A stretch of DNA of 37,535 nucleotides from a virus (IMGVR_UViG_3300037467_001783:1-37535); one strand, 5' to 3'. Positions 1 to 10,166 are shown, counted from the stretch's first letter. Notes: generated from the letters alone by a model not told the origin. Program-made: numbers and translations.

Positions 1-53
1 TTTTACGAATAGACGAAGATAAAAAAGCTGCAAAAAAGTAAGGAGGGATAAAA

Positions 54-686
54 GTGGAAATTTGGTTAAGTAATGGTGTACATGATAAAGTTCAAATTCC
101 TGTTAATCCTGAAGAAATTGGCTATGAAGATTCTCGAAACTTTGAGGATATTGTATTAGCAAACGGTGATGAAAAAACTGTTATTGGTGGTAGGAACTTA
201 CGTTCATATTCAATTGAGTCTTTTTTCCCTAAGTATAGGCAACCTCTTGTAGTTTCGGTTAAACTATTGGCACCTATGGATTACGTAAAAAAGATAAAAA
301 GTTGGATGGATAATAGAACTGTTATTCAGTTACAAGTAACTACCACTATCATTAACGAACTCGTAACTATTCGATCCTTTACATGGAAAGAAGTTGGTGG
401 AGCTGTTGGTGATATTGAGTATACACTTGAATTAAAAGAATATGAACCTATTTCATTTTCTAAACCTGGCTCTAGTTCTGCAGGCGGTGGTTCAAGCTCT
501 AGACCTCCATCATCAAAGCCAAAAACTAGGACATATGTTGTTATAAAAAATGATAGTTTATGGAAGATATCTAAAAAGTTCTATGGTACAGGCTCAAAAT
601 GGAAGACAATCTATGATAAAAATAAAAAAGTTATTGGAAAGAGTCCAAACTTTCTTAAACCAGGACAGAGGTTGATTATTCCATGA
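54..686 (+). CDS. XkdP-like tail tube initiator with C-terminal LysM domain
   Basis: N-terminal QIPVNPEEI...GDIEYTLELKEY typical of XkdP/YqbP; Ser/Gly linker; LysM (YVVIKNDSLWKISKKFYG...LKPGQRLIIP); RBS aggagg before GTG. Confidence 0.85.
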   Translation: MEIWLSNGVHDKVQIPVNPEEIGYEDSRNFEDIVLANGDEKTVIGGRNLRSYSIESFFPKYRQPLVVSVKLLAPMDYVKKIKSWMDNRTVIQLQVTTTIINELVTIRSFTWKEVGGAVGDIEYTLELKEYEPISFSKPGSSSAGGGSSSRPPSSKPKTRTYVVIKNDSLWKISKKFYGTGSKWKTIYDKNKKVIGKSPNFLKPGQRLIIP

Positions 687-1681
687 TTAGTGTTTGGTAT
701 CTTGATTCTTCAACTAATAAATATAATATAACTTCTATGTTAAAGAATGTAGATTGGTCGGGAGACATTAATACTTATCCTAGAACTTTACAGGTTAATG
801 TCCAAAATGCTAATAACCTAACAAAGGGCAAACTAATAAGCTTCAAACCCGGTAGAACAGTAATTCTTTATATTGATGGAGTCGAAAAGTTTAGAGGTTA
901 TGTATTTAAAACAAGTATTAATGAGAAAGGCGAACAGTCTTTAACTTGTTATGATAACTTAATATACTTAACTAAAAACTCCGAAACTATGATTATTAAA
1001 AATCAATCGGCTTCTGATGTTATAAGTTCATTATGTAAAAAATTCGGAGTTCCTGTTGGAAGCATCGAAGCTACAGGTTATAAGATTAAAAAAATGGTTT
1101 GTCAAGGTAAGGCTCTATCTGATATTTTTAGTGATTCTTTAAAAGTAACTAAAACAGGCAATGGAAAATTATACTTACTTAGATCAGAAAAAGGTAAAGC
1201 ATATTTAAAATCACGAAAGAATGCTGCTCATATTACAGTCTCTGTTACTAATATTATTTCAGGTAATTATGAAGTTTCTATCGAAGAATTAAAAAACCAA
1301 GTAAAAGTTGAAAAAGGTCAAATTGATTCTAAAGAAAAAGATAGTAAATATTCATCAGTTACTGAAAAAGATAGTAGTTCCATTGATACTTATGGTATTA
1401 TGCAGCAAATAGAATCTGCTGATGATAAAGACACTATCTCTATGATGTCAAGTAAGGCAAAGAAACTTCTTAAACAACTTAAAGAACCTACCAAGACATA
1501 TTCAGTTGACTTTATTGGGCATCCTGATTGTATCACAGGTAATAAGATAAGTATTAAAAATGAAATATTAGGTTTTAGTGGTACTTATTATATTACTGCT
1601 GATTCTCATTCATTTGATGGTGGGGTTCATAAAATGAGTCTTCAATTATCTACAAATATAAATATAGATGATGAAAACTAA
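683..1681 (+). CDS. XkdQ-like baseplate hub protein
   Basis: Size and motifs (FRGYVF, CYDNLIYL, YGIMQ, YYITADSHSF); position after XkdP-like gene. Confidence 0.8.
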   Translation: MISVWYLDSSTNKYNITSMLKNVDWSGDINTYPRTLQVNVQNANNLTKGKLISFKPGRTVILYIDGVEKFRGYVFKTSINEKGEQSLTCYDNLIYLTKNSETMIIKNQSASDVISSLCKKFGVPVGSIEATGYKIKKMVCQGKALSDIFSDSLKVTKTGNGKLYLLRSEKGKAYLKSRKNAAHITVSVTNIISGNYEVSIEELKNQVKVEKGQIDSKEKDSKYSSVTEKDSSSIDTYGIMQQIESADDKDTISMMSSKAKKLLKQLKEPTKTYSVDFIGHPDCITGNKISIKNEILGFSGTYYITADSHSFDGGVHKMSLQLSTNINIDDEN

Positions 1682-1686
1682 GGTAG

Positions 1687-1947
1687 GTGACAGTTATGAA
1701 AGAAGGAAGTGCCTATACTAATTTTTTAAAATTAATACAAGAACAAGGTTACAACAAAGACATTAGTATAACTGTTGGACTTGTAACCTCAATATCTCCT
1801 TTTAAAGTTCAATTACCAAGCGGGTTATTGTTAGATGATGAAGATATAACAATAACTGATACTGCTAATAAAGCTATAGTTGGAGATAGAGTATTAATTT
1901 TAAATGATGGCAATAACTTTTATGCTATAGATAAGGTGGTGAACTAA
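1687..1947 (+). CDS. XkdR-like (DUF2577) small baseplate/spike protein
   Basis: GLVTSISPFKV...GDRVLIL...FYAIDKV pattern; synteny. Confidence 0.7.
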   Translation: MTVMKEGSAYTNFLKLIQEQGYNKDISITVGLVTSISPFKVQLPSGLLLDDEDITITDTANKAIVGDRVLILNDGNNFYAIDKVVN

Positions 1948-1949
1948 TA

Positions 1950-2372
1950 ATGATACCACTCCTTATTAGTGATGAAGATATTCAAGCTTTAGAAGAAACT
2001 GGCGGTACTATTCAATATGCGAGTAAGACATATAAGTTCGACTTTGAAACGGGCGAAATATATGCAGAGTTTGTTGATTTAGAAGACGCTATTAGACAGG
2101 GTGTAATTAAAGCTATCCTTACTGCTAGAGATAGATATATTATATATTCTTCTGATTACGGTTGTGAAATTTCATATTTGATGGGCAAGGCTTACTCACT
2201 TGACTATCTACAAATTGAAGTTCCTAGACTAATTCAAGAAGCTTTAATACCGGATGAACGAGTATCAGAAGCAAAAGATTTTACCATTTCTAAAGATGGA
2301 GATATTTTAGTTATAACATTTACAGTTATTACTGATTTACAATCAGAAGTTGACGTGGAGGTGAATATTTAG
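1950..2372 (+). CDS. XkdS-like (DUF2634) gp25-like baseplate wedge/sheath initiator
   Basis: TARDRYIIYSSDYGCE...IQEALIPDERV motif; synteny. Confidence 0.8.
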   Translation: MIPLLISDEDIQALEETGGTIQYASKTYKFDFETGEIYAEFVDLEDAIRQGVIKAILTARDRYIIYSSDYGCEISYLMGKAYSLDYLQIEVPRLIQEALIPDERVSEAKDFTISKDGDILVITFTVITDLQSEVDVEVNI

Positions 2373-3412
2373 TGTACGAAAACCAAACATTTGAAGCAAT
2401 TCTTGAAAGAATGCTTTCAAAAATATCTGATGAAATTGATAAGCGGGAAGGTTCTGTTGCTTATGATATGTTAGCACCTAAAGCTGCAGAATTAGCAGTT
2501 GCTTATATGGAATTAGATAACATTATTAATTTAGGCTTTGCAGGAACTACCTATGGTTCATATCTTGATTTAAAGGTATCTGAATATGGTATCGTTCGTT
2601 TAGAAGCTGTTAAGGCAACGGGTGTAATTACTTTTTCAAGCGCTATTAATGGTCTTGTTATTCCTCAAGGTACTGTAGTTTATACAGATGACAACATTAG
2701 ATTCTTAACTGATAATGTTGCAACTATCTCAAACGGTACAGCAACGGTTGCTATCACAGCTGAGACAGGTGGTATGAATGGTAATGTTCCTACAAATACA
2801 ATAATTAATACTGAAATGGCTGGAGCTACTTGTACTAATGCTACTACTACTTCTGGTGGAGCCGATATAGAAAGCGATGAAGATTTATTCGCGAGATATA
2901 CTGAAAAAATCAATGCTCCTGTAAATAGTGGTAACACAAACCATTATAGAGAATGGGCACAAGATATTGTAGGTATTGGAGATGCGAGAGTCACTCCTAT
3001 TTGGAATGGTTCGGGAACAGTTAAAGTAACTTTAATTAGTACTGACAAGCGTGCTGTTACTGCTGCTAAAGTTACAGAAGTAGCTAACTATATTGATACA
3101 GTAAGACCTGTTGGTGCTACTGTTGCAGTTGAATCTGCTATTGAAAAAGTAATTAATGTAACTGCCACTTTAACTTTGTCAGCTGGATTTACTCTAGCTC
3201 AAGTTACTCCTACTATTCAACAAGGTATTATTGATTATTTTAAAGAAGCTGCTTTCGTAGATCCTGATATAAAGTATACAAAAGTTGGCACTATTATCTT
3301 AGGAGTCAATGGTGTACTTGATTATACTAATCTTCAATTAAACAATGGTACAACTAATATTGTATTAGGAGTAAATGAAACTCCTGTGGTAGGAACGGTG
3401 ACTTTATCATGA
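2372..3412 (+). CDS. XkdT-like baseplate J protein
   Basis: DKREGSVAYD, GGADIESDEDL, SGNTNHYREWA, PIWNGSGTVKV, VRPVGATV motifs. Confidence 0.92.
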   Translation: MYENQTFEAILERMLSKISDEIDKREGSVAYDMLAPKAAELAVAYMELDNIINLGFAGTTYGSYLDLKVSEYGIVRLEAVKATGVITFSSAINGLVIPQGTVVYTDDNIRFLTDNVATISNGTATVAITAETGGMNGNVPTNTIINTEMAGATCTNATTTSGGADIESDEDLFARYTEKINAPVNSGNTNHYREWAQDIVGIGDARVTPIWNGSGTVKVTLISTDKRAVTAAKVTEVANYIDTVRPVGATVAVESAIEKVINVTATLTLSAGFTLAQVTPTIQQGIIDYFKEAAFVDPDIKYTKVGTIILGVNGVLDYTNLQLNNGTTNIVLGVNETPVVGTVTLS

Positions 3413-4425
3413 GGTTTATAGGTAATGATACAGAACGTCCTATCATTGAAGTTTTAGAATCATACACACCAAAGATATATGAAAACTCTAAAGTTGTTTC
3501 TGAAATAATGAGAGTTGATGCTGAAGAGTTGGAAGACTTATATGCAGCTGCTCAAGATGTACTTAATCAGTTTATGATTGATAATGCAACTTGGGGAATC
3601 CCATTGTGGGAAAAAAGTATGAGTATTATAAGTGATGATACTAAAACCGATGATGAGAGACGAGGAAATATCAAGTCTATGGTTCGTCGGTACGGTACAT
3701 CAACAATTGGAATGGTTAAAAACCTAGCTGAATCATATCTAAATGGTGAAGTTGAAATAATTGAGTATATGACAAACTTAATTGACTTAAGAAGTCATAC
3801 ATGGACTGCGGGGTATATATCTTCAACTGGTTCAATTACTACTTCATCAACAACTTGGGTTTCTGATGCTGATAAACTAACTTTAAATAACCAAACTTCA
3901 GGAAGTAATGGTGGGGTAATTTCTGATTATATTCCAATCGTACCATTTAAAAACTTGAGTCTCGGTGCTAATATTAGAGATATTACTGGTATAGTTGGTT
4001 ATGTAGCTTTATCATTCTATGATATTAATAAAGTATTTATTTCAAGGGTACTTTCAAGTCAATATAGCAAGGTTCTTCAAAATATTGCCCCTCCTGTTAA
4101 TGCTGCTTTTGTTAGAGCCAATGTTCGTGTAGATACGGTGGGTGCAGGAATTGAAATTAGTCCTCAAGTACAATATGGACCAATTGCAACTTCTTATGAA
4201 CCTCGGAAGGATTATACTTTGGGTGTAAAATTTATCGGCAAACGTGGTAACCCAAGTAACATGGATGATATTAAAAATGCTATTCGTCAAGTTACTCCTT
4301 CTCACTTAGATTTAATATTTACTTTAACATATTTGATCTGGCAAGAAATAGAAAAAGCTAATGTCACATGGAATACAGCTGATACTTATACATGGGATGC
4401 TTTTGAAACTGCATTCTTTTCATAA
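3409..4425 (+). CDS. XkdU/YmfQ-like (DUF2313) baseplate protein with an internal beta-rich insertion
   Basis: NQFMIDNATWGIPLWE and IRQVTPSHL motifs flank about 150 aa of extra sequence ending QYGPIATSYEP. Confidence 0.75.
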   Translation: MRFIGNDTERPIIEVLESYTPKIYENSKVVSEIMRVDAEELEDLYAAAQDVLNQFMIDNATWGIPLWEKSMSIISDDTKTDDERRGNIKSMVRRYGTSTIGMVKNLAESYLNGEVEIIEYMTNLIDLRSHTWTAGYISSTGSITTSSTTWVSDADKLTLNNQTSGSNGGVISDYIPIVPFKNLSLGANIRDITGIVGYVALSFYDINKVFISRVLSSQYSKVLQNIAPPVNAAFVRANVRVDTVGAGIEISPQVQYGPIATSYEPRKDYTLGVKFIGKRGNPSNMDDIKNAIRQVTPSHLDLIFTLTYLIWQEIEKANVTWNTADTYTWDAFETAFFS

Positions 4426-4449
4426 TAAATAAATAAGGAGGTCAATTAT

Positions 4450-7395
4450 TTGAGTACTAATAAAACAACCAACTATACAATGCACTCTTGGGTTGGTACT
4501 GACTTCGTTAAACGTCAAGAGCTAGTCGACAACTTTGTCACAATTGACACCCAAATGAAAGTAAACAAAGATTCTGCTGCAACTGCTCAGAGTACTATTG
4601 ATACTCATAAAGCTTTAACTGCAGTAATTGGTACTGGTACGGTTAAAGAAAAGCATATTAGTGACCAAGATTATAAAAACTGGGAAGACCATAGAGCTAA
4701 TACAAGTAACCCTCACAATGTTACTATTGCTCAAATTGGCGCTGCAGCGGCCTCGCACGTAGGCACTGGCGGAAGTTCCCATGCTGCAGTTACTACTACT
4801 ACTAATGGGTTTATGATCTCAACTGATAAATCAAAACTTGACGGTGTTTCAACAGGAGCAAACAAAACCGCAACTTCAACAGTTAATGGAAATATATTAG
4901 TTGATAATGTTGAGAAAGTAGTTTATACTCACCCTTCAACTCATCCTGCTACAATGATTACAGAGGATACTACTCATCGCTTTGTAACTGATACTGAAAA
5001 ATCAACTTGGAATGGAAAGGCTAACACTACAGTTGTTACTACATCTGCAAATGGTCTTATGAGTTCAGGTGATAAAACTAAATTAGATGGTATTGCGACA
5101 GGTGCTGAAGTTAATCAGAATGCTTTTTCAACAGTTGTTGCAGGCGGAACTTCGTTAGTTGCTGATGCTAAGTCAGATAGTTTAACAATGACAGCAGGAA
5201 CTGGTATTGTTGTATCAGGAAATGCTACTACTGACACCGTAACAATTACTGTTGATAGTACTATAGAAACTATAACAGGTGCTCAAACTAAAGCAGATCA
5301 AGCAGAAGTTAATGCTATCAACTTTGCAAAAAGTTTTGGATTAGGTGATGTTGCAAAAGATATTTCTTCAACTGATTTAAACAACTTGGATGCAACAGGG
5401 TTATATAGAGGTATAACCTTAACAAACGCACCAGGTGGGGTATCAAGTGCGTTTTTTATCTTGAACTTCAAAGCATCTGCAACAGTAAAAACACAATTCG
5501 CTATCCGCTATAACCAATCAACAACAGATGCTTATTATTGGTTTAGACATAATGTTAATGGTACATGGGGCTCGTGGATACAAGTGGCTACAACGGCAAT
5601 CGTTACAACAGCTGCTAATGGTCTAATGATTGCAACAGATAAAGTTAAACTTGATGGTATTGAGACAGGGGCACAAGTAAATGATGTAACTTCAGTTGCT
5701 GGAAAAGTAGGTGCCGTTACATTAGGGCCGACTGATGTTGGAGCTGCTCCAGTTTCACACAGTCACGTAGCCGCTGATTTACCATCTGCTACAACTGCTG
5801 CTAAAGGTATTGTTCAATTATCAGACTCAACAAGTACAACATCAAGCGTTCTTGCTGCCACTTCAACTGCCGTAAAAGCTGCATATGATTTAGCTGCTGG
5901 AAGAGCTACAACAGCTGTGGCAACTACATCTGCTAACGGTTTAATGTCAAGTACAGATAAATCTAAGTTAGATGGTGTTACCGCAGGAGCTCAACCAAAT
6001 CAGAACTCCTTTGCTAATGTAACTGCCGGTGGAGTAACAATTGCTGCTGATAATGTAACAGATACTCTTGCTTTTACTGCTGGTTCAGGTATTACAATTA
6101 CGGGTGATGCTACATCTGATACTGTTTCAGTTGGTATTGACTCTACTGTATCTCGTGTAGGTCATACTCATACTCTTGGAGGAACAGAAATAGCAGATGT
6201 CGTTATTACTTCAGTTGCAAATGATGAAGTATTAGCCTATGACTCTACTACAGCTAAGTGGATAAATCAAACACCTGCTGAAGCAAACCTAGCAATTGCT
6301 ACTCGTAACGTTCTTGCTGGTAGCGGATTAACTGGTGGTGGTAACTTAACTGCTGATAGAACGCTTACTGTAAACTTTGGTGGTACTGGTTCATTAACAA
6401 CGGTTTCACGTTCTGACCATTCTCATACTATTAATGGCTCTTCTATTACCGATGTTTCTGTTACAGGACTAGCGACCAATCATGTATTGAAGTGGAACGG
6501 TTCTCTTTGGGTAAACACTTTACCAACTCTAAACTTGCTTAATGACATTACAATTAGTAGCCCTGTTAGTGGTCACGTTATATACCATAACGGAACTAAT
6601 TTTGCAAATGTGACTCCTGCTACAGCAAACTTGGCTATTGCTACTCGTAATATCTCTACAGGTGAGGGATTACTTGGCGGAGGAAATTTAACTGCAGATA
6701 GAACATTGAGTTTAAGTTGGGGCGGATCTGGTGTAGCCACTACTGCTTCAAGAAGTGACCATAACCATGATACAACTTATGCAAAAATAGCTAATGCACA
6801 AATGACCAAGTTAACACTAGACACAGGATATGGCGCCTCTGTAAGTAATACAGACTTAAATGCGCTTATTACTACAGGTTTTTACTTTGGTAATAATCTA
6901 ACAAACCCTCCTATTAGTGGTGACGCTGGAACATACAGAATTATGGTTGAAGCAAGTAGTTCAGTAAACTGTGGACAATTGGCTACGAAACTATCAACAG
7001 GTCAGCGATTCAGTCGTATTATGACTGCTGCCAATACTTGGACTGAATGGATTGAATTTGTAACTGATAGAGCGCAATCGTGGACAGCTCCAACAATGGG
7101 ATCAGGAATTACTGCTTACTCTACAGGTTCAGAATTACAGTATACTAAAGTAGGAAACGTAGTGTATGTAAGAGGGGTCGTTAAGGGAATAGGTGCTTCT
7201 GTTACTGTTGCAACCTTGGGTGCTGGATACAGACCTATTACAATGTCTCACTCATTCACTTGTCCAACAAGTGGTAATAGACATTCAAGATTCACTATCT
7301 CATTAACTGGGGCACTTGTAATCGAAGCGAATAGTGATGGAACATGGAGCACAGCGGATTGGCACCCAATTAATACTAGCTTTATTGCAGATTAA
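4450..7395 (+). CDS. Long tail fibre / receptor-binding protein
   Basis: Thr/Ala/Gly-rich; four NGLMSSTDKxKLDG-type repeats; SATTAAKGIVQLS fibre repeat; two knob-like DLNxLxxTGxY...W..W domains; HxH motifs; RBS aaggagg. Confidence 0.9.
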   Translation: MSTNKTTNYTMHSWVGTDFVKRQELVDNFVTIDTQMKVNKDSAATAQSTIDTHKALTAVIGTGTVKEKHISDQDYKNWEDHRANTSNPHNVTIAQIGAAAASHVGTGGSSHAAVTTTTNGFMISTDKSKLDGVSTGANKTATSTVNGNILVDNVEKVVYTHPSTHPATMITEDTTHRFVTDTEKSTWNGKANTTVVTTSANGLMSSGDKTKLDGIATGAEVNQNAFSTVVAGGTSLVADAKSDSLTMTAGTGIVVSGNATTDTVTITVDSTIETITGAQTKADQAEVNAINFAKSFGLGDVAKDISSTDLNNLDATGLYRGITLTNAPGGVSSAFFILNFKASATVKTQFAIRYNQSTTDAYYWFRHNVNGTWGSWIQVATTAIVTTAANGLMIATDKVKLDGIETGAQVNDVTSVAGKVGAVTLGPTDVGAAPVSHSHVAADLPSATTAAKGIVQLSDSTSTTSSVLAATSTAVKAAYDLAAGRATTAVATTSANGLMSSTDKSKLDGVTAGAQPNQNSFANVTAGGVTIAADNVTDTLAFTAGSGITITGDATSDTVSVGIDSTVSRVGHTHTLGGTEIADVVITSVANDEVLAYDSTTAKWINQTPAEANLAIATRNVLAGSGLTGGGNLTADRTLTVNFGGTGSLTTVSRSDHSHTINGSSITDVSVTGLATNHVLKWNGSLWVNTLPTLNLLNDITISSPVSGHVIYHNGTNFANVTPATANLAIATRNISTGEGLLGGGNLTADRTLSLSWGGSGVATTASRSDHNHDTTYAKIANAQMTKLTLDTGYGASVSNTDLNALITTGFYFGNNLTNPPISGDAGTYRIMVEASSSVNCGQLATKLSTGQRFSRIMTAANTWTEWIEFVTDRAQSWTAPTMGSGITAYSTGSELQYTKVGNVVYVRGVVKGIGASVTVATLGAGYRPITMSHSFTCPTSGNRHSRFTISLTGALVIEANSDGTWSTADWHPINTSFIAD

Positions 7396-7412
7396 TTTAA
7401 TGTTAGATAACT

Positions 7413-7449
7413 TACTCTAGGTGATATATTTACCTAGAGTATTTGTTTT
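7413..7449 (+). terminator. Intrinsic terminator after tail fibre gene
   Basis: tactctaggtga-tatat-ttacctagagta hairpin followed by tttgtttt. Confidence 0.65.
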
Positions 7450-7454
7450 AATAG

Positions 7455-7483
7455 TTTACAGAATTGATTTTTCTATATATAAT
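7455..7483 (+). promoter_or_regulatory. SigA-like phage promoter
   Basis: TTTACA-N17-TATAAT followed by GTATATGTA, matching the minus-strand promoter family. Confidence 0.75.
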
Positions 7484-7531
7484 GTATATGTAAGTAAAAT
7501 ACTACAGATAAATTATATGGAGGAATTAATT

Positions 7532-7768
7532 ATGTCTCAAGTTACACAAATTTTACAACAATCTTCGCCGGAGATCTTAACTATTTTTCAAGAAGAAACT
7601 ATTTCTAAGCTGCAAACTGAGTTGCTTAAAGTAAAAACTCAATTAGAAGCATTGGCTCGGTATACTATTCAAATTGAAAATATAAACCAAGAACTCAATA
7701 AACAGGTTGAAGGTCTACAATCACAACTTGAACCAATTGAAGAAGTAGTAGAAGAAAGCGCTGAGTAA
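7532..7768 (+). CDS. Small coiled-coil hypothetical protein (start revised from 7421 to ATG 7532)
   Basis: ggagg RBS upstream of ATG 7532; Gln/Glu/Leu heptad pattern. Confidence 0.7.
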   Translation: MSQVTQILQQSSPEILTIFQEETISKLQTELLKVKTQLEALARYTIQIENINQELNKQVEGLQSQLEPIEEVVEESAE

Positions 7769-7780
7769 TCAGCGTTTTTT
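7755..7780 (+). terminator. Intrinsic terminator
   Basis: aaagcgctga-gtaa-tcagcgtttttt. Confidence 0.75.
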
Positions 7781-7857
7781 ATTGTGTATAAAATTCATGT
7801 TTTATTGTAATATTTGGGCTCCGGAGCTCAATCATACCAACGGGTTAGGAGGTCGAA

Positions 7858-8109
7858 GTGGTGGAACAATCAATTTTCGACTTGATTCTGAACAAAGACA
7901 CAATTTTTTTGGGCTTGTTCCTTTATTTGCTCTGGGTACAACAACAGGAAAAGAAAAGTCAAAATGACTTTATACTTAAGCAACAGGATATCCTTGGAAA
8001 CCTAACCGGCTCATTTGAAAAGCTTGCTGATAATCAAGAAAAGTTGACCGGGCGTATCGAAAGAATTGAGATTACGCTCGAGAAAAAATGGGAAGGTGAA
8101 GACGAATGA
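7858..8109 (+). CDS. BhlA/UviB-like holin-like peptide
   Basis: One TM segment (IFLGLFLYLLWV) then coiled coil; strong RBS; upstream of endolysin. Confidence 0.75.
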   Translation: MVEQSIFDLILNKDTIFLGLFLYLLWVQQQEKKSQNDFILKQQDILGNLTGSFEKLADNQEKLTGRIERIEITLEKKWEGEDE

Positions 8110-8291
8110 AAAAAGATTTTAAATCTATGGCTTTACCGTTTGTCGGTGTAGTTGCATTAGCAGTAGGTGCTTTCGCTGGATTTAACCCTGAACAGGTTGA
8201 TTCTTTAAAAGGCGCAATGGAAGCAGTTGTTAATGCAGTCGCTGTATTTGTAACACTTTATGGTGTTTATAAATCTCACGACAAAAACTAA
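8106..8291 (+). CDS. Putative holin (two TM segments)
   Basis: Two hydrophobic helices; basic N-terminus; directly precedes endolysin. Confidence 0.7.
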   Translation: MKKDFKSMALPFVGVVALAVGAFAGFNPEQVDSLKGAMEAVVNAVAVFVTLYGVYKSHDKN

Positions 8292-8341
8292 TTAAGAGGA
8301 GGGGATTCGTCCTCTCTGATTACCTAAAGGAGGAAATAATA

Positions 8342-9142
8342 ATGGCTCAATGGATTGAAAAGTTACTTATTAAAAATAAATACTCTCGCCCAGGCGAAAA
8401 GAACGACGGTATCAAAGGTATTGTAATGCACTGGACTGCTACTCCTGGAGCTTCTGATGAGAATGAAGTTAAGTTCTTTGACGGTACTGATGGTGGTGGT
8501 GGACGTTATGCTTCTGCTCATATTTTCGTTGACCGTGATTCTGCTACTCTTGATATTCCACTTAACGAAGTTGCCTATCATGCAAATGACCATGCTTGTC
8601 GTGTTTCAAAGTTAAAGCCTAATGCCAACTTTACTTCTATCGGTGTTGAAATGTGCGTAGAGAAAGATGGTACAATCAATGAAGAAACTGTTGTTCGTGC
8701 TGCTAAAGTAGTTGCTGAACTTGTTAAGTTATACAAACTTAACCCTGCTACTGACATCTTCCGTCACTATGATGTAACCGGTAAGAACTGTCCAGCTCCT
8801 TGGGTTGCCAAGCCTGCCCTATTTGAACAGTTTAAGAAGGATGTTGCTGCAATTGTAAATGTTAAACCTGCTACAAAACCTACTCCAAAGCCAGTAAAAC
8901 CAGTTGTTAAAAAGCCTCAACCTAAAGTTGAAGCAAAAGCAATCGTTCCTTACCCAGGTCGTGTAATTAAATATGGTATGACAGGTAAAGATGTTGAGCG
9001 TATCCAACGTGCTGTTGGTGCTACTCCTGTTGATGGTGTCTTTGGTCCAGGAACTGAAGCAAAAGTCAAAGCATATCAAAAACGGATGGGTCTGGTTGCT
9101 GATGGTTTAGTCGGTGAAAAGACTTGGAATGTAATGTTTTAA
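8342..9142 (+). CDS. Endolysin, N-acetylmuramoyl-L-alanine amidase (Amidase_2) plus PG_binding_1 domain
   Basis: IVMHWTA, SAHIFVD, EVAYHA, SIGVEMC, RHYDVTGKNCP; Pro/Lys linker; VDGVFGPGTE...ADGLVGEKTW. Confidence 0.93.
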   Translation: MAQWIEKLLIKNKYSRPGEKNDGIKGIVMHWTATPGASDENEVKFFDGTDGGGGRYASAHIFVDRDSATLDIPLNEVAYHANDHACRVSKLKPNANFTSIGVEMCVEKDGTINEETVVRAAKVVAELVKLYKLNPATDIFRHYDVTGKNCPAPWVAKPALFEQFKKDVAAIVNVKPATKPTPKPVKPVVKKPQPKVEAKAIVPYPGRVIKYGMTGKDVERIQRAVGATPVDGVFGPGTEAKVKAYQKRMGLVADGLVGEKTWNVMF

Positions 9143-9143
9143 T

Positions 9144-9169
9144 TGGGAACCCTTTGGGTTTCCTTTTTT
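9144..9169 (+). terminator. Intrinsic terminator after endolysin
   Basis: ggaaccc-ttt-gggtttcc followed by T-tract. Confidence 0.7.
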
Positions 9170-9188
9170 ATTTAAAGGAGAGATAATA

Positions 9189-10166
9189 ATGGCAAAAAGA
9201 TTAAGAATGTTTGATGAACAAACTTGGGAAAAAGTTCATGAAGATAATAAATCAATTCTTAATGACTATATTCTTGAATTAAAATCTAAGAAAAAATCTC
9301 AAGGTACGATCTATCAATATACTGCTGATATAAGAGCATTTTTTTGTTGGGTTCATGATAATTTAAAAAATAAACCTATTCTTGAATTAAAGAAAAGAGA
9401 TTTTCGTAAGTTTTTCTTATTCCTTGAAGAGAAATCACCTGCTCGTATCAACCGAGTTCAGTGCTCAATTCGTAATTTATTAGAGTTTTGTACTCAAGAC
9501 GATGATGAATATGAAGAGTATGAAATAAATATTATGAGAAACATTAAAGGTCTTGAGAAGGAAAAAGTTCGTGATATTTACTTCCTAACTAATGAACAGA
9601 TTGAAATGATTATAAATTACTTATTAGACAAGAAACAGTACCAAAAGGCTCTATATCTATCAATGTCTTATGAAAGTGCTGGTCGAAGAAATGAATTACA
9701 TCAAGTATTAAAAAATAATTTCCTTGAAGATAATAAGACAAATATTGTTCAAGGTAAACGTGGTAAAAAATTCCCTCTTTTATACTTTAGTAAATCTAAA
9801 GAAATTGCTAAGCTATACTTTGAACAGCGTGGGGAAGATAAAATTGATAATATGTGGATTGTTGGCAAAGGTGAAAACAAAAAACCTGCCTCCTATGAAA
9901 CTTTGTATAATTGGGTAATGGGTTTTAGAGATGTACTTGAAGCATTAACTGATGAAGATATTGAATTTAACCCTCACTCACTGCGACACTCAGCTCTTGA
10001 AAATTATGGTGAAGGTTCTCATTATGTATTAAAAGAATTAGGTATTGAGAAACTTGATATTAATATGTTAAAAGTTCTTGCTAATCACTCGGATATTTCA
10101 ACAACTGAGTCCTATTTAAAAGATAAAGGACAAGAAAAACTTTATCAAGCTCTAGGACTACAATAA
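9189..10166 (+). CDS. Tyrosine recombinase (XerC/D-like)
   Basis: SAM-like N-terminal domain; catalytic R (AGRRNE), K, HSLRH, ANHS and TTESY tyrosine. Confidence 0.9.
   Translation: MAKRLRMFDEQTWEKVHEDNKSILNDYILELKSKKKSQGTIYQYTADIRAFFCWVHDNLKNKPILELKKRDFRKFFLFLEEKSPARINRVQCSIRNLLEFCTQDDDEYEEYEINIMRNIKGLEKEKVRDIYFLTNEQIEMIINYLLDKKQYQKALYLSMSYESAGRRNELHQVLKNNFLEDNKTNIVQGKRGKKFPLLYFSKSKEIAKLYFEQRGEDKIDNMWIVGKGENKKPASYETLYNWVMGFRDVLEALTDEDIEFNPHSLRHSALENYGEGSHYVLKELGIEKLDINMLKVLANHSDISTTESYLKDKGQEKLYQALGLQ

Noticed and set aside
2680-4305. Minus-strand ORFs 2680..2937 and 4054..4305
   Set aside because: Antisense shadows of well-supported baseplate genes; no RBS or motifs
54-9142. Defective PBSX-like tailocin in a bacterial chromosome
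   Set aside because: The flanking 27 kb is densely phage-like (small ORFs, phage ligase, homing endonuclease, uniform promoter family) rather than host housekeeping sequence
7782-9918. ORFs 7782..7967, 8363..8593, 8819..9079, 9724..9918
   Set aside because: Alternative-frame or antisense overlaps of holin, endolysin and recombinase
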